From a virus: a stretch of 64,000 nucleotides of DNA. A program made the position numbers and the translations under genes. The stretch is taken from positions 19,952-83,951 of IMG/VR virus record IMGVR_UViG_3300036770_008702; one strand, 5' to 3'. Positions 33,109 to 42,983 of this stretch are shown in pieces. The first letter of the stretch is position 1; every line of letters begins with the position of its first letter. The notes under the pieces were generated by a model. The model saw only the letters and a list, made by a program, of their open reading frames with translations. It was not told the DNA's origin and made no database searches.

Positions 33109-33426
33109 TCAGCCCTCCGCCAGGACGAGGCGCCAGGAGAGGTCGAGCGGATCGCGCTCGGCGTCCTCGACGCGGTGCACCGCGGTGCCAATCCGCACCT
33201 CGTCGCCACGTTGCGGTTCCAGTGAGGCGATGTCGCCCGCGAGGATGGTGGCGGACAGACTGCCGGCGCGGGTGCCGATGCCGCCCAGCCCACCGATGGT
33301 GTCGGTGGGTCGCGACAGCACGACACGGGCCGGCACCCAGGGGCCGGGCGGATGGCGGAAGTCGGCCGGGGTGCCGATGTTGCTGTCGGCGTGCGCCGCC
33401 GCCAACATGGAGGCGAAGGCCGACAT
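33109..33426 (-). CDS. Head-tail joining protein (gpFII-like)
   Basis: 105 aa, PQRGDEVRIG...AERDPLDLSWRL. Confidence 0.75.
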   Translation of the reverse strand: MSAFASMLAAAHADSNIGTPADFRHPPGPWVPARVVLSRPTDTIGGLGGIGTRAGSLSATILAGDIASLEPQRGDEVRIGTAVHRVEDAERDPLDLSWRLVLAEG

Positions 33427-33806
33427 CAGCCCCTCCCCGCCGGATAGGCATCGCGGTTGAGCTCGAAGTGCGGGCCATCGCGGAAGCGCGGCCAGTCGCC
33501 ACCCCACACGATGGCGACACCGCGGGCCTGCGCGGCATCCTTTACGGCCTTGGCCATTGGGAAAAAAAGCGGCCAGTCCCAGCGGACCTTGCCCGCCACC
33601 GTCGGGGCGAGATCGACGGCGTGGCCAGTGAGGTGCCGGCTGTCCATGGTGCGGCTGGCGCCGGCCTTTACCAGCTGCGCCTGACGCTCGCGTGTGCGCA
33701 TGCCCTCCACCACGATGAAGGGCAGAATCTGGCGCGCCGCCTCGACGACGGCAACCAGGTCGGGATGCACGCCCGTGAGCCGGGCCTTGTCGCGGACCGT
33801 CATCAT
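33426..33806 (-). CDS. Endolysin, M15-family (L-Ala-D-Glu) peptidase
   Basis: GVHPDLV, EGMRTRERQ, SRHLTGHAVD, WGGDW, DGPHFEL. Confidence 0.9.
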   Translation of the reverse strand: MMTVRDKARLTGVHPDLVAVVEAARQILPFIVVEGMRTRERQAQLVKAGASRTMDSRHLTGHAVDLAPTVAGKVRWDWPLFFPMAKAVKDAAQARGVAIVWGGDWPRFRDGPHFELNRDAYPAGRG

Positions 33807-33979
33807 GCGCTGGCACCCCGGTCACGGAGCAGGATGCCGAGCAGGCCGGCGATGCCGGTGCCGATCAGGGTGATGTTCTGCATCACGCCGGGATCGAGAT
33901 GCAGGCCGAGCGCGGCGAAGACGCCGGTGAGCGCACCATAGGTGCTGGCCTCGCGGAAGCGGGCGATCAGGTAGGTCAT
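33803..33979 (-). CDS. Putative holin (58 aa, 2 TM)
   Basis: MTYLIARFREASTYGAL...; two hydrophobic segments; coupled to the endolysin. Confidence 0.7.
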   Translation of the reverse strand: MTYLIARFREASTYGALTGVFAALGLHLDPGVMQNITLIGTGIAGLLGILLRDRGASA

Positions 33980-34007
33980 GATGTGTCTCCTGGGGGAGAG
34001 GGCGGCG

Positions 34008-34349
34008 TCAGGTCCCCGCCGGGGTGGACCCGGACAGCCGCACCCGCACCGTGGTGTCGGCGGAGGCCGCGGCCGCGACGGCATGGCCGATGGCGGTGTT
34101 GGAAGTTGCCGTGGTGGTGACCCGCCTGTTGGTGTTGTCCCAGAAGACCCGGGCACCAACGGCGATCACCAGCGGCGCCTCCTTGGTGATGTCGAAGACG
34201 CCATTCACCGCCACCTCGGCAGTGACGCCGGTGAGCGCATCGACAGCGACGACGCCGAAAAGCGCGCCGACCAAGACGCCCTGGCCGGAGGTGCGGTCGT
34301 AGGGCATGGGCAGCGGGACCGAGAGGCCCGGCTGGACGAAATTCTTCAT
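34008..34349 (-). CDS. DUF2190-family capsid decoration/cement protein
   Basis: MKNFVQPG...GVLVGALFGVV...VRVRL. Confidence 0.88.
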   Translation of the reverse strand: MKNFVQPGLSVPLPMPYDRTSGQGVLVGALFGVVAVDALTGVTAEVAVNGVFDITKEAPLVIAVGARVFWDNTNRRVTTTATSNTAIGHAVAAAASADTTVRVRLSGSTPAGT

Positions 34350-34387
34350 GATGGAGACGCTCCAGAAACGCGAAGGGCGACCCGAAG

Positions 34388-35950
34388 GAGGCCGTGTGAG
34401 AATTAGCGCCGGAACTCAGGTAGAATCGCCGCATCGGTAACGGTGCGGCGATTCCATGAGATACGTGCGCGGCGAAGACCGGAACCAGGCGAACCTGCTT
34501 CCGGCTGTTCTGGATGATTACGTTGGACCCGAAGCGGCGGTGCGTGTCGTGGACGTCTTCGTAGATGGCCTCGACATGGCGGGACTTGGTTTTGGTCGAG
34601 CTGCTCCAGCCGCATTGGGACGTCCCGGTTACGATCCTCGCGACCTGCTGAAGCTCTACATCTACGGCTACCTGAACGAAGTCCGCTCGTCGCGTCGCCT
34701 GGAACGAGAGTGCGGGCGCAATCTCGAGGTGATGTGGCTGGTTCGGCGCCTTGCTCCGGACTTCAAGACGATTGCGGATTTCAGACGTGACAATACGGAA
34801 GCGATCGTCGGCACAGCCCGCGCCTTTGTGCTGTTCTGCCGTGATCAAGGCCTTTTCGCAGCGCGGCTGGTTGCCCTGGATGGTTCAAAGTTTCGGGCAG
34901 CTGCGAGCGCCAAGCGGATCATGGGACGGCGCGAAATTTCGGAAGAGGTGGCGCGCGTCGACCGGGCTATTGCAGGCTATCTTGGTCGCCTTGACGCAGC
35001 GGACGCAGATGAGCCGGCCGATAGCGATACATCGACTACTTCTGGTTCGGTGGAGGCGGCTATTGCAACGCTCCAAGAGCGGCGTGCCGAACTTGATCGG
35101 CTAGCCGCGTATCTGGAAGCCGAAGGACGCACCACCATTGTCGAGGGCGAGCCGGATGCGCGACCGATGCGATCGGGCGCTGGACGCAAGCCACCGAGCT
35201 ACAATGTCCAAACGGCTGTCGATGCTGAGACCGGCCTCATTGTTCACCACGAGGTCACGACCGAACCGACTGACAACCGGCTGCTCTATACCATGGCAAG
35301 TGCCACCAAGGCTTCGCTCGATCGCGAAACGCTCACGGTGGTCGCGGATAAGGGCTACTCAAATGGGGCCGATGCCAGCGCCTGCGAAGCGGGTGGCATT
35401 ACGCCATGCGTGCCTGCCAACCGATCGAGCAACAACCAAGGTGATGGCACGTTGTTCACGCGGTCGGTCTTCACGTACGAGCCGGAGGGCGATCGATATC
35501 GCTGCCCAGCAGGTCGCCTCCTCGTTCGCAGGCAAGTTATCCGTCGAGACGCCACCATCCTCTATGCCGCTCGCGACTGCAGCGGCTGTGACCTGAAGCC
35601 CCGCTGCACCCAAACCAACCGGCGCCTCATCACCCGCCACCTGCATGAGGACGCGCTGGTGCGCATGCAGGCTCGTATCGACGCGGATTCGACTCTGATG
35701 GTCAAACGACGCTGTGCCGCCGAGCATCCGTTTGGAACGATCAAACGAATGAGCCAGGGACGGTTCCTGACCAGAGGCCTAAAGGGGACCAGAGGAGAGT
35801 TTGCCCTTTCGGTTCTCGCCTACAACATCCTCCGCAGCACCAATATCGCCAGGTCCGCAACATCCTAATGCGCCGCCGTCGGTTCGGCGTCTCAGCATAA
35901 GTAAGAAAGGAGGCCTCCAGTTGGAGGCCTCTTCGTTTTCACACGGCCTC
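34388..35950 (+). mobile_element. IS1182-family insertion sequence, intact
   Basis: Terminal IRs GAGGCCGTGTGAGAA (34388) and TTTTCACACGGCCTC (to 35950); 6-bp direct repeat CCGAAG at 34382-34387 and 35951-35956. Confidence 0.92.
34456..35868 (+). CDS. IS1182-family transposase
   Basis: GRPGYDPRDLLKLYIYGY, SSRRLERE, PDFKTIADFR, DGSKF, ADKGY, EHPFGTIK. Confidence 0.95.
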   Translation: MRYVRGEDRNQANLLPAVLDDYVGPEAAVRVVDVFVDGLDMAGLGFGRAAPAALGRPGYDPRDLLKLYIYGYLNEVRSSRRLERECGRNLEVMWLVRRLAPDFKTIADFRRDNTEAIVGTARAFVLFCRDQGLFAARLVALDGSKFRAAASAKRIMGRREISEEVARVDRAIAGYLGRLDAADADEPADSDTSTTSGSVEAAIATLQERRAELDRLAAYLEAEGRTTIVEGEPDARPMRSGAGRKPPSYNVQTAVDAETGLIVHHEVTTEPTDNRLLYTMASATKASLDRETLTVVADKGYSNGADASACEAGGITPCVPANRSSNNQGDGTLFTRSVFTYEPEGDRYRCPAGRLLVRRQVIRRDATILYAARDCSGCDLKPRCTQTNRRLITRHLHEDALVRMQARIDADSTLMVKRRCAAEHPFGTIKRMSQGRFLTRGLKGTRGEFALSVLAYNILRSTNIARSATS

Positions 35951-36019
35951 CCGAAGGCCGCCCGTTCGCGAGACGATGAGGATGGAGAGGAAGGCCGGGC
36001 GGGCTCGATCAGCCCGGCA

Positions 36020-38116
36020 TCAGGTTCCCGGGTTGAACCAGGCACCACGCCAGTCGATGGCGCCGACGCCGAAGTCGAAGATCACCGACACCTCGACGCC
36101 GTCGACGCCGGAGACCGGACCGGTGGTCACCTGCGGGCCCTCGGCGCCGTTGAGATAGCCGTAGACGTAGACCGGCGCCGACACCGCATCGGAGAACAGA
36201 TACCAGCGGTTGGCCGGGATCAGCGGCTCGACCAGGGGCTGGATGAAGCCAGCGTAGATGTTGACGTTGCTGGTCTGGTTGGCCTGCACCGATACGGTCA
36301 GCTGCCTGGCAGCCAGTTCCTGGTTCGGACCCACCACCAGCTGCATGCTGGAGCCGACCGAAATTGGCAGCCCATCCAGCGTCTTCTGCTTCATCACCGC
36401 CGCCCGGCCGGCGGCAAGGTTGGTCAGGTCGAGTGCCGTGCCGGAAGCCGCCTTGTTGGCCCGTGCGGCGCCGGTGGCGAACACCGCCGTGGCCCCGGTG
36501 GTCAGCGTCGGGCCATCGCCGTTGGCGGTATTGAGCAGGCCATAGGCGGTTACATTCTCGAAGTCCGCCACGCGCCGCCCGATCATGGCGGCGAAGTCGG
36601 TGAAGGCGCCGAGATCGTCATTGACCAGCATCGGCCGGGTGACGCGGATGCGCCGGGCGAAGGTGGTCAGCGCCACCAGTTCCTGGCTCTCGGACATGGT
36701 GCCGGCCTGGATCTCGCCGCTCTCGGACAGCGGCACCAGGTTGGGGAAGTCCCCGACGCGCAGGTGGCGGTGCGGCTTGAAGTCGCGGAAGTCGCGCCGC
36801 AGGAAGATCTGGCGGTAGGTGGGGTTTGCCGGCGCGTAGGCGGCGAGCAGCATCTTGTTGGCGGCGGCCGAGAGCAGCAGCGGGAAGTCGCTGGTGGTCT
36901 GGAAGGCGCGCTCAGCCAGCTTGGCGGTGTCGCGCGGGATGTTCTTCTCCCCGCGGGCGCGCATCAACTCGGCGACCATCTCGGACGGACGCCAGCCGAG
37001 GAACTCGGCATGCCGGCCAGAGGTGGGCGCCTGGTAGCCGGGCATGGCGCGCACAGCCAGCGCCTCGGCCATGGCGTCGCGGATGACCTCGGGATCCTGC
37101 GACGCCGGACCAGCGGTCGGGTTGGCGGGCAGCGTGGGTGCCGCGGCGCGGCCGCGCTGGGCGAAGGCGTCCCACAGCCGGCCGCGCAGCACGTCGGCCG
37201 ACACCCGCTCGCGGACGGCGGCCTGACGCTGGGCGTCGATCTGGTCGTCGGGCAGCAGGCCACGGGCGGCGGCGAGCACCGGATCGTAGCTGGCGATGCG
37301 CTCGGTCGCGGCGCGATCGGCCTCGGCACGAATGGCGTCGAGGTCCGGTGCAGGGGGCGGCGTCGTTGCTGGGGCCGCGGGTGCAGTCGCGGGGTTGGTG
37401 GTCATGGTCGGATTGGCCTCCTGGCCCGTGGCGGTGGTGGTCGTCGCGGCGTCTGCCGGGTCCGGCATGATGGTCTCCTGGGTGGGGATGGGATCGGGAT
37501 CGGGGATGGCCGGCTCGATGGCCGGCATGGGCGGAGTGTCACTGGCGCCGCGCACAGCGGCGGCCGGATCGACCGGCAGCGGGACGACAGAAATCTCGTA
37601 GGGCTCCCAATCGACAGCCCGGTGGACGGTGCCGGCGACGGGATCCGGGATCGGCTCGTAGCGGTGCACGCGGTATCCGACGCTGACGCTGCGCAGGGTG
37701 CCGTCGGCGATGCGTTGCCAGAGCGGTTCGACATCGGCCGCGGACGAGAACTGCAGCGTGGCGATACCGCGACCGCCCTCGAGGCGGGCGGAGATCACGC
37801 GACCCACGACGTCACGGGCATCACCACTGCGGTGGGTGTTGAGCACCGGGGCGGCGCCATCCCGGAGCCCCTGCATGCGCACCGCGTTCGGCGACATGTC
37901 GAGCTCCTCGGTGATCAGGCCGAGGGGTGGGACGAAGTTGCGGGCGCGGGCACCGGTGGACCACAACACCTCGACCGTGCGCGCAGCGCGGTTGACGGTC
38001 GCCGGTGCGGCAAGAGCACGGGCAGCGACGATCGACTGCCCATCGGTGGGAAGTCGATCGGCATGCATCGGCGCCGGCGCGGGATCGCTCCCGCCCGGAT
38101 CGATGGGTTCGGTCAT
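36020..38116 (-). CDS. Prohead protease / major capsid protein fusion
   Basis: N-terminal HK97-type protease (PVLNTH, SVSVGY, WEPYEISVVP), Pro/Thr linker, capsid domain TTSDFPLLL...DFGVGAIDWRG. Confidence 0.93.
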   Translation of the reverse strand: MTEPIDPGGSDPAPAPMHADRLPTDGQSIVAARALAAPATVNRAARTVEVLWSTGARARNFVPPLGLITEELDMSPNAVRMQGLRDGAAPVLNTHRSGDARDVVGRVISARLEGGRGIATLQFSSAADVEPLWQRIADGTLRSVSVGYRVHRYEPIPDPVAGTVHRAVDWEPYEISVVPLPVDPAAAVRGASDTPPMPAIEPAIPDPDPIPTQETIMPDPADAATTTTATGQEANPTMTTNPATAPAAPATTPPPAPDLDAIRAEADRAATERIASYDPVLAAARGLLPDDQIDAQRQAAVRERVSADVLRGRLWDAFAQRGRAAAPTLPANPTAGPASQDPEVIRDAMAEALAVRAMPGYQAPTSGRHAEFLGWRPSEMVAELMRARGEKNIPRDTAKLAERAFQTTSDFPLLLSAAANKMLLAAYAPANPTYRQIFLRRDFRDFKPHRHLRVGDFPNLVPLSESGEIQAGTMSESQELVALTTFARRIRVTRPMLVNDDLGAFTDFAAMIGRRVADFENVTAYGLLNTANGDGPTLTTGATAVFATGAARANKAASGTALDLTNLAAGRAAVMKQKTLDGLPISVGSSMQLVVGPNQELAARQLTVSVQANQTSNVNIYAGFIQPLVEPLIPANRWYLFSDAVSAPVYVYGYLNGAEGPQVTTGPVSGVDGVEVSVIFDFGVGAIDWRGAWFNPGT

Positions 38117-38302
38117 GATGTCAGCCTTGCTGGGGTGCTTTGCTAGAAGGCGGATGTGCTGTTGGCCGTCTTCCGCGGGGAACTGCGGCGGGCACAGCCC
38201 TCGCCTCTATGGTTCCTAAAGTTGCCACACCGAATAGTTGTGGCCTGCGCACGGTCCGCGTGACGTGTAGACGTGGCCGCGAACTGATGGCCAAATCAGA
38301 AT

Positions 38303-39013
38303 ATGTCAATTCCGAGTGACCGTCAGCGCCTTCGCCAGTTCGCGGCCGAATACGAGTTTCGGCTTTTTCAGGAAGACGCCAAGTATCTAATTGAAAAAAC
38401 GGCCTGCGGTAACCCGCGATTCGAGGATTGGAGAAAATACTCTAACTTTTATATTTCTAATTGTGGCAACCCGTTAAATCGAGAAATGGCAACGGTAACC
38501 GCTTTTTTTGGGAAGAGGCCAATTGGTTACATGATGAGTGGTGGAGGTCTTCTGATGGAAGATGGGGCCAGTCTTCATTACTCCTTTGGATTTTCAGGCG
38601 CTGTGGTCATCAGCCTCTATCCAGCACATTCCGAATTTATGCGTCCTCGGGAGAAAATGATCCACCTCCACATCGGTCAGCTCACCGCACACCAGATTGG
38701 CAAACGAGTTCAATCAGATGTGACGAATTTGATAGCGTACGCCCACGTAACATCCATAGACGGCAACCCCACGCTACGTGAGAAGGCGCGCATTTGGCTT
38801 CTGCGTAAATCAAAACCGACGCAAACCGACGATGGATTTCAAGATGCACTTTTGAGAAAATACATAAGAATTGGCACGGCTTACCTGCCGAAAGCTATCA
38901 TCACTTCCTTCCTAGGCGAAACCTTCAAGGTTATTGCCATTGCACTTGCCGTAGTGGTCCTAGTGCGCTTGGGTTTCCCTGAATGGGCCGAGCGCTTTCT
39001 GCCTCGCAAGTAA
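38303..39013 (+). CDS. Low-GC hypothetical protein with C-terminal TM helix (moron)
   Basis: 236-aa ORF antisense to the late operon with markedly lower GC; hydrophobic VIAIALAVVVLVRLG. Confidence 0.8.
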   Translation: MSIPSDRQRLRQFAAEYEFRLFQEDAKYLIEKTACGNPRFEDWRKYSNFYISNCGNPLNREMATVTAFFGKRPIGYMMSGGGLLMEDGASLHYSFGFSGAVVISLYPAHSEFMRPREKMIHLHIGQLTAHQIGKRVQSDVTNLIAYAHVTSIDGNPTLREKARIWLLRKSKPTQTDDGFQDALLRKYIRIGTAYLPKAIITSFLGETFKVIAIALAVVVLVRLGFPEWAERFLPRK

Positions 39014-39120
39014 CGCTGTCGCCTGTAGAACGGCGAGGCCGAAAGCTCCAAATTAAAGAAGTCACTGGCTGCCTACGACGCACCTTGCTGGATATGGCTC
39101 ATTTCACCTCGACCGCGCTA

Positions 39121-40572
39121 CTACGGCAATGCTGCACCCGTCGCGGCAATCTCCATAGCCGCCATTTGTGCCGCGTCCTGCGCGCCTCCGCTCTTGGCCA
39201 CCCGTCGCGGATCGCTGTCGAGCGAGATTCCCGCGTCATCGAGCAGCGCGTTGGCGGCGCGGATCATCTCCACCGCCTGACGGAAATCGTAGCCGAACGA
39301 GCCCACTGCCTCGGGCTGTGGCACAAAGCCCGCGCGCACCTGTGCGATCAACGCCGTAGTATCCTTCAGTGGATCGATCATCTCGTGCGCCGGAGGGACG
39401 TGCGCCACGTCGTCCGGAATCTCCGCTCCCCACAGGCCGAGCAATGCCCCCTGCTGGTAAAAGCGGTCGGCGATGGGCCGCACCAGCATCGGAATCAGCA
39501 TGCCGTACTGCACCTGCTCACACAGCCGGCGGAACTCGATCTTGCCCGCCCGCAAGCTGGAGTAGTTCGCCTGGGTCAGATCGCCGGAAACCTGGTCATA
39601 AGTGAGGCCCGCGCCGACGGACGCTGCTTCCAGCGCGCGCCGAGCGAAGGCGGTGTGACTGCCACCGCCGGAGGGGTTCACCACTTCCACCGAACCGCTA
39701 CCGCGCCGGTAGAGGATCATCCCCGGCTCGAAGGCTTCCACCGGCCGGCCCTGGGCATCCCGCAGCAGACCTGCGGCTGGCCCAGTCAGCACTTCGTCAC
39801 CCTCCTCGGTGACGACCGCGGCAAGGCATGCCTCGATCTTGGCTTTCATCAGCAGGGCCGCCTCGTAGTCGCCGAGGTCGCGTAGCCGTAGCAGGATCGG
39901 CGCCAGCCAGGACACGTCGCGCAGCTGGCCGGGCCGGCGCTTGCGGTAGATGTGCAGCACCTCCGAGGTTGGGACTGGCATGCTGCTCTGGCTCGTCCCC
40001 GGCAGATACCACGACGCCCCAGGATGCTGCGGGAACAACCAGTAGGCCGCGGGTGCACCGGTAGCATCGAGCGTGATGCCCTGCACCGTGATTGCGCCAC
40101 CAATCGTGCCGGTGCGGCTGGCGTCGAGGTGGTCGCTCTCCAGCACCTGCAGGCGCAGGCCGATGGGGTTGGCGGGCGTCGGTTCGCTGGTGAGCAGCCG
40201 CACCAGGCACTCCCCGCTCTCGACGACCGAGCGCATGACCAGTGCCTGCAACCCATAGAGATCGAGCCGCCCCTCGGCATCGCAGGCGGTGCTCTCAGCC
40301 CAGCGCCGCCAGGTATCGGCGTGCTTCTTGTCCGGCCAGCGGGTGGTGATGCCGGCGCCGACGGCGTTGCCGGTCCAGAGGTCGACGATGCGGGCGGCAT
40401 AGGGATCGTTGCGGACGGCATCGCGGGCGCGGCGCGTGATGGTGCTCGACGCGCTGGCCACTTCACTGTTGGCGCTGCCGCCCGAGGCCGCCCAGGTGGA
40501 CGCGCGGGCGTCCTGGGCCGCCGCATAGCCGCGCAGGGCGCGCCATGCGTTTCGGAAGCGGGTGGCGATCAT
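39121..40572 (-). CDS. Portal protein, lambda family
   Basis: RARDAVRNDPYA, RPGQLRDVSWLAP, GDLTQANYSSLRAG, IDPLKD. Confidence 0.95.
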   Translation of the reverse strand: MIATRFRNAWRALRGYAAAQDARASTWAASGGSANSEVASASSTITRRARDAVRNDPYAARIVDLWTGNAVGAGITTRWPDKKHADTWRRWAESTACDAEGRLDLYGLQALVMRSVVESGECLVRLLTSEPTPANPIGLRLQVLESDHLDASRTGTIGGAITVQGITLDATGAPAAYWLFPQHPGASWYLPGTSQSSMPVPTSEVLHIYRKRRPGQLRDVSWLAPILLRLRDLGDYEAALLMKAKIEACLAAVVTEEGDEVLTGPAAGLLRDAQGRPVEAFEPGMILYRRGSGSVEVVNPSGGGSHTAFARRALEAASVGAGLTYDQVSGDLTQANYSSLRAGKIEFRRLCEQVQYGMLIPMLVRPIADRFYQQGALLGLWGAEIPDDVAHVPPAHEMIDPLKDTTALIAQVRAGFVPQPEAVGSFGYDFRQAVEMIRAANALLDDAGISLDSDPRRVAKSGGAQDAAQMAAMEIAATGAALP

Positions 40573-40578
40573 CGGCTG

Positions 40579-40758
40579 CTACTTCACCACCAGCCGCTTC
40601 ACGACCTCGACGACGGTGCCCTCGCCAAACAGCAGCAGAAGCACGATCGCCACCAGGACGAGTTCGATGCGTTTCAGCCTGGCGTCCGTCTGCTTCCAGC
40701 GTTCGGCGCATACCGCCTCGTGGACGGCGAGCTTCTGCGCGACGTCATCCTCGGACAT
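40579..40758 (-). CDS. Small membrane protein (XhlA-like coiled coil plus TM)
   Basis: HEAVCAERWKQTDARLKRIELVLVAIVLLLL; GGAG RBS. Confidence 0.7.
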   Translation of the reverse strand: MSEDDVAQKLAVHEAVCAERWKQTDARLKRIELVLVAIVLLLLFGEGTVVEVVKRLVVK

Positions 40759-40772
40759 GGGGTGGTCTCCAG

Positions 40773-41006
40773 TCAGCCGGCGTCGCGGGTGAAGCGAGCC
40801 AGGGTGATGCAAGGTCGCCGCTGGGCCGGGTTCTCGGCGGCGTAGCCGGCGGCGAGCGCCTGCCCGATCTCGGAAAGCGACCGGTATTCGACGGTGCGGC
40901 CTTCAAAGGTCACCCGCGTGGTCCCGCCGGTGTAGGCATCGGCGAGGCCGCGCCAGCGGTTGCCTGTCGGTTGCGCCAGGGCCCAGGTCAGAGCGTCAGG
41001 ATTCAT
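40773..41006 (-). CDS. gpW-like head-tail adaptor
   Basis: GTTRVTFEGRTVEYRSLSEI; between terL and portal. Confidence 0.85.
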   Translation of the reverse strand: MNPDALTWALAQPTGNRWRGLADAYTGGTTRVTFEGRTVEYRSLSEIGQALAAGYAAENPAQRRPCITLARFTRDAG

Positions 41007-41017
41007 GATGGCGTTCC

Positions 41018-42949
41018 TCAGCGCAGCCAGCCGGAGCGGGTGCCCAGCCATGTCCGCGGCCGCATCGCCGGAGAGTTGCCGAGCGCCTGCAGGGCGGGTG
41101 CAGGTTGTGCCTGGTCCATGGTTGCTGACGTCGCGCTGCTGGTGGATGTCGGCGCCGTGGTAATTGGCGCGTCCGCCAGTTCCTCGCGCAACCTCTGCCA
41201 GAACCGCTCGCCGTAGCGATCGGCGCCTAGCAACCACAGCGCGGCGCGCGCCAGCACGGCGCAATCCAGTGCCTCGTTGCGCTCCCTGAGCTTCGACCAT
41301 TCCTGCCGTGCGAAGCCTCGCCGGTCCTTGGTCGTCCGCAACTGCTCGGCGACCAGCTGCTTCACCCATTCCACTTCGATGGCCCGCGGCAGATGCACCC
41401 ACCCCTGGGGGAACTCCTCCGCCTCACCTCGGCCGAGCCACAGCCGGCGATACAGGTCCGCCTTCCAGGTCGAGACCGACACCGTCCACAGCTTCAGCCC
41501 GCGCCGCAGCTTCTGGCCGTTGACCAAGGCATCGACCAGTGTCGGCCCCTGAACCGGCTGTGCTCGGTTCCAGCCCTCCACGCCCTTGGTCGGCGCGATC
41601 CGCGGATCCCGCAGATGCCGGAGGTGGCCGTAGACCGAAGCCGTGTCCCGGCCGCCGGTGTCCACGCATACCTTGGCGATGCGCATCGCGCCGGCAGTAC
41701 CGGTGCTACGCGGCCAGTCCCTCGCCAGCAGCTTCGCCAGCTCATCCCACGGCGCCCGCTCCCGCGGACTGCCGGCGATCACGACGTGGTCGATTAGCCA
41801 AGAGGTGTAGCCCTCGGCCCAACCCCAGACATCGACTTCGATGCGATCGTCCTGCACGTCGACCCCGGCGGTGAGCACCAGGGCGCCCGGAGGCACGATG
41901 CTGAGGGCGAAGTCCTCGCGCCGCTCGACCAGCCGCTCCCAATCCGGCGCCTCGCCATGCTCCTGCCACGTCTCGCCCAGCACGGTGTTGCGGAAGGTCT
42001 TGAGGTCTTCCGCCTTGCCCTGCGCTGCCTCCCAGTCCCGCGCGATCTGCTCCCACGACAGCCACCCCACCGGCGAGTAGAGGGCCGAGATGTGGTAGCC
42101 AACCGTGTGCGGGTCCGACGCCTCGGCCGTGGCCCGCCACTCGCCCCCGGCCAGCATCGCCGTCTTGTGGTGCTCGCCGATCGGCTGGTCGCATGCCTCG
42201 CAGTGATAGGCGGCGCTGATAGGGTTGCCTCGCTCCCAGACCAGCCGCTCAAAGCGCAGCCACTGCATCGCCAGGCAGTGCGGGCACGGCACGAAGAACC
42301 GCCGCTGGTCGCTGGAAAGGTATTCCCGCTCGATCCGGCTGCGCCCGGCAATGGTTGGCGTCGAGACCAGATACGCCTTGCGCCGCCAGCCGAAGGTCCG
42401 CGCCCGCGCCTCGGCCAGTGCGATCGGATCTCCCTCGCCCTCGACGTCACCGGGATAGGCATCGACCTCGTCCAGGAACAGGAACCGCGCCGTCATCGAG
42501 CGCAGCCCGACCGCCGAGTTGGCCCCGGTCAGCACCAAGATGCCGCCAGGAAACTCTTTCGACAGCATGGTGTTGCCGCTGTCCCTGGCCCGGGCCGGTG
42601 CCACCCGTTCCCTCAGCGCGGGCGTCTCCTCCAGCAGGGGATCGATCCTCTGCCGGCTGAAGCGCTTGGCCAGTTCCACCGTCGGCTGAACCGCCAGCAC
42701 CGGCGCCGGCACGTGGTGCATGATGTAACCCAGCCAGCAATTGCCCCCCTCGCTCGCGCCGACCTGAGCGCCCTTCATGAACACCACGCGGCGGGCCGGA
42801 TGCACGGCCGACAGCGCGTCCATGATGTCGCGCAGATACGGGGTGCGGGCCGTGCGCCACGGCCCCGGTTCCGACGAGGCTCGCGTACTCAGCACTCGGT
42901 GCCGCTCGGCCCATTGGCTGACCGTAAGCTGCGGCGGCGGGCGCAGCAT
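41018..42949 (-). CDS. Terminase large subunit, GpA family
   Basis: TVSQWAE, MKGAQVGASE, FLDEVD, VSTPT, TAGVDVQDDR, NEALDC. Confidence 0.96.
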   Translation of the reverse strand: MLRPPPQLTVSQWAERHRVLSTRASSEPGPWRTARTPYLRDIMDALSAVHPARRVVFMKGAQVGASEGGNCWLGYIMHHVPAPVLAVQPTVELAKRFSRQRIDPLLEETPALRERVAPARARDSGNTMLSKEFPGGILVLTGANSAVGLRSMTARFLFLDEVDAYPGDVEGEGDPIALAEARARTFGWRRKAYLVSTPTIAGRSRIEREYLSSDQRRFFVPCPHCLAMQWLRFERLVWERGNPISAAYHCEACDQPIGEHHKTAMLAGGEWRATAEASDPHTVGYHISALYSPVGWLSWEQIARDWEAAQGKAEDLKTFRNTVLGETWQEHGEAPDWERLVERREDFALSIVPPGALVLTAGVDVQDDRIEVDVWGWAEGYTSWLIDHVVIAGSPRERAPWDELAKLLARDWPRSTGTAGAMRIAKVCVDTGGRDTASVYGHLRHLRDPRIAPTKGVEGWNRAQPVQGPTLVDALVNGQKLRRGLKLWTVSVSTWKADLYRRLWLGRGEAEEFPQGWVHLPRAIEVEWVKQLVAEQLRTTKDRRGFARQEWSKLRERNEALDCAVLARAALWLLGADRYGERFWQRLREELADAPITTAPTSTSSATSATMDQAQPAPALQALGNSPAMRPRTWLGTRSGWLR

Positions 42950-42983
42950 GGAGCCCGCACGCCGGCGGACATGTTCCGCCGTC

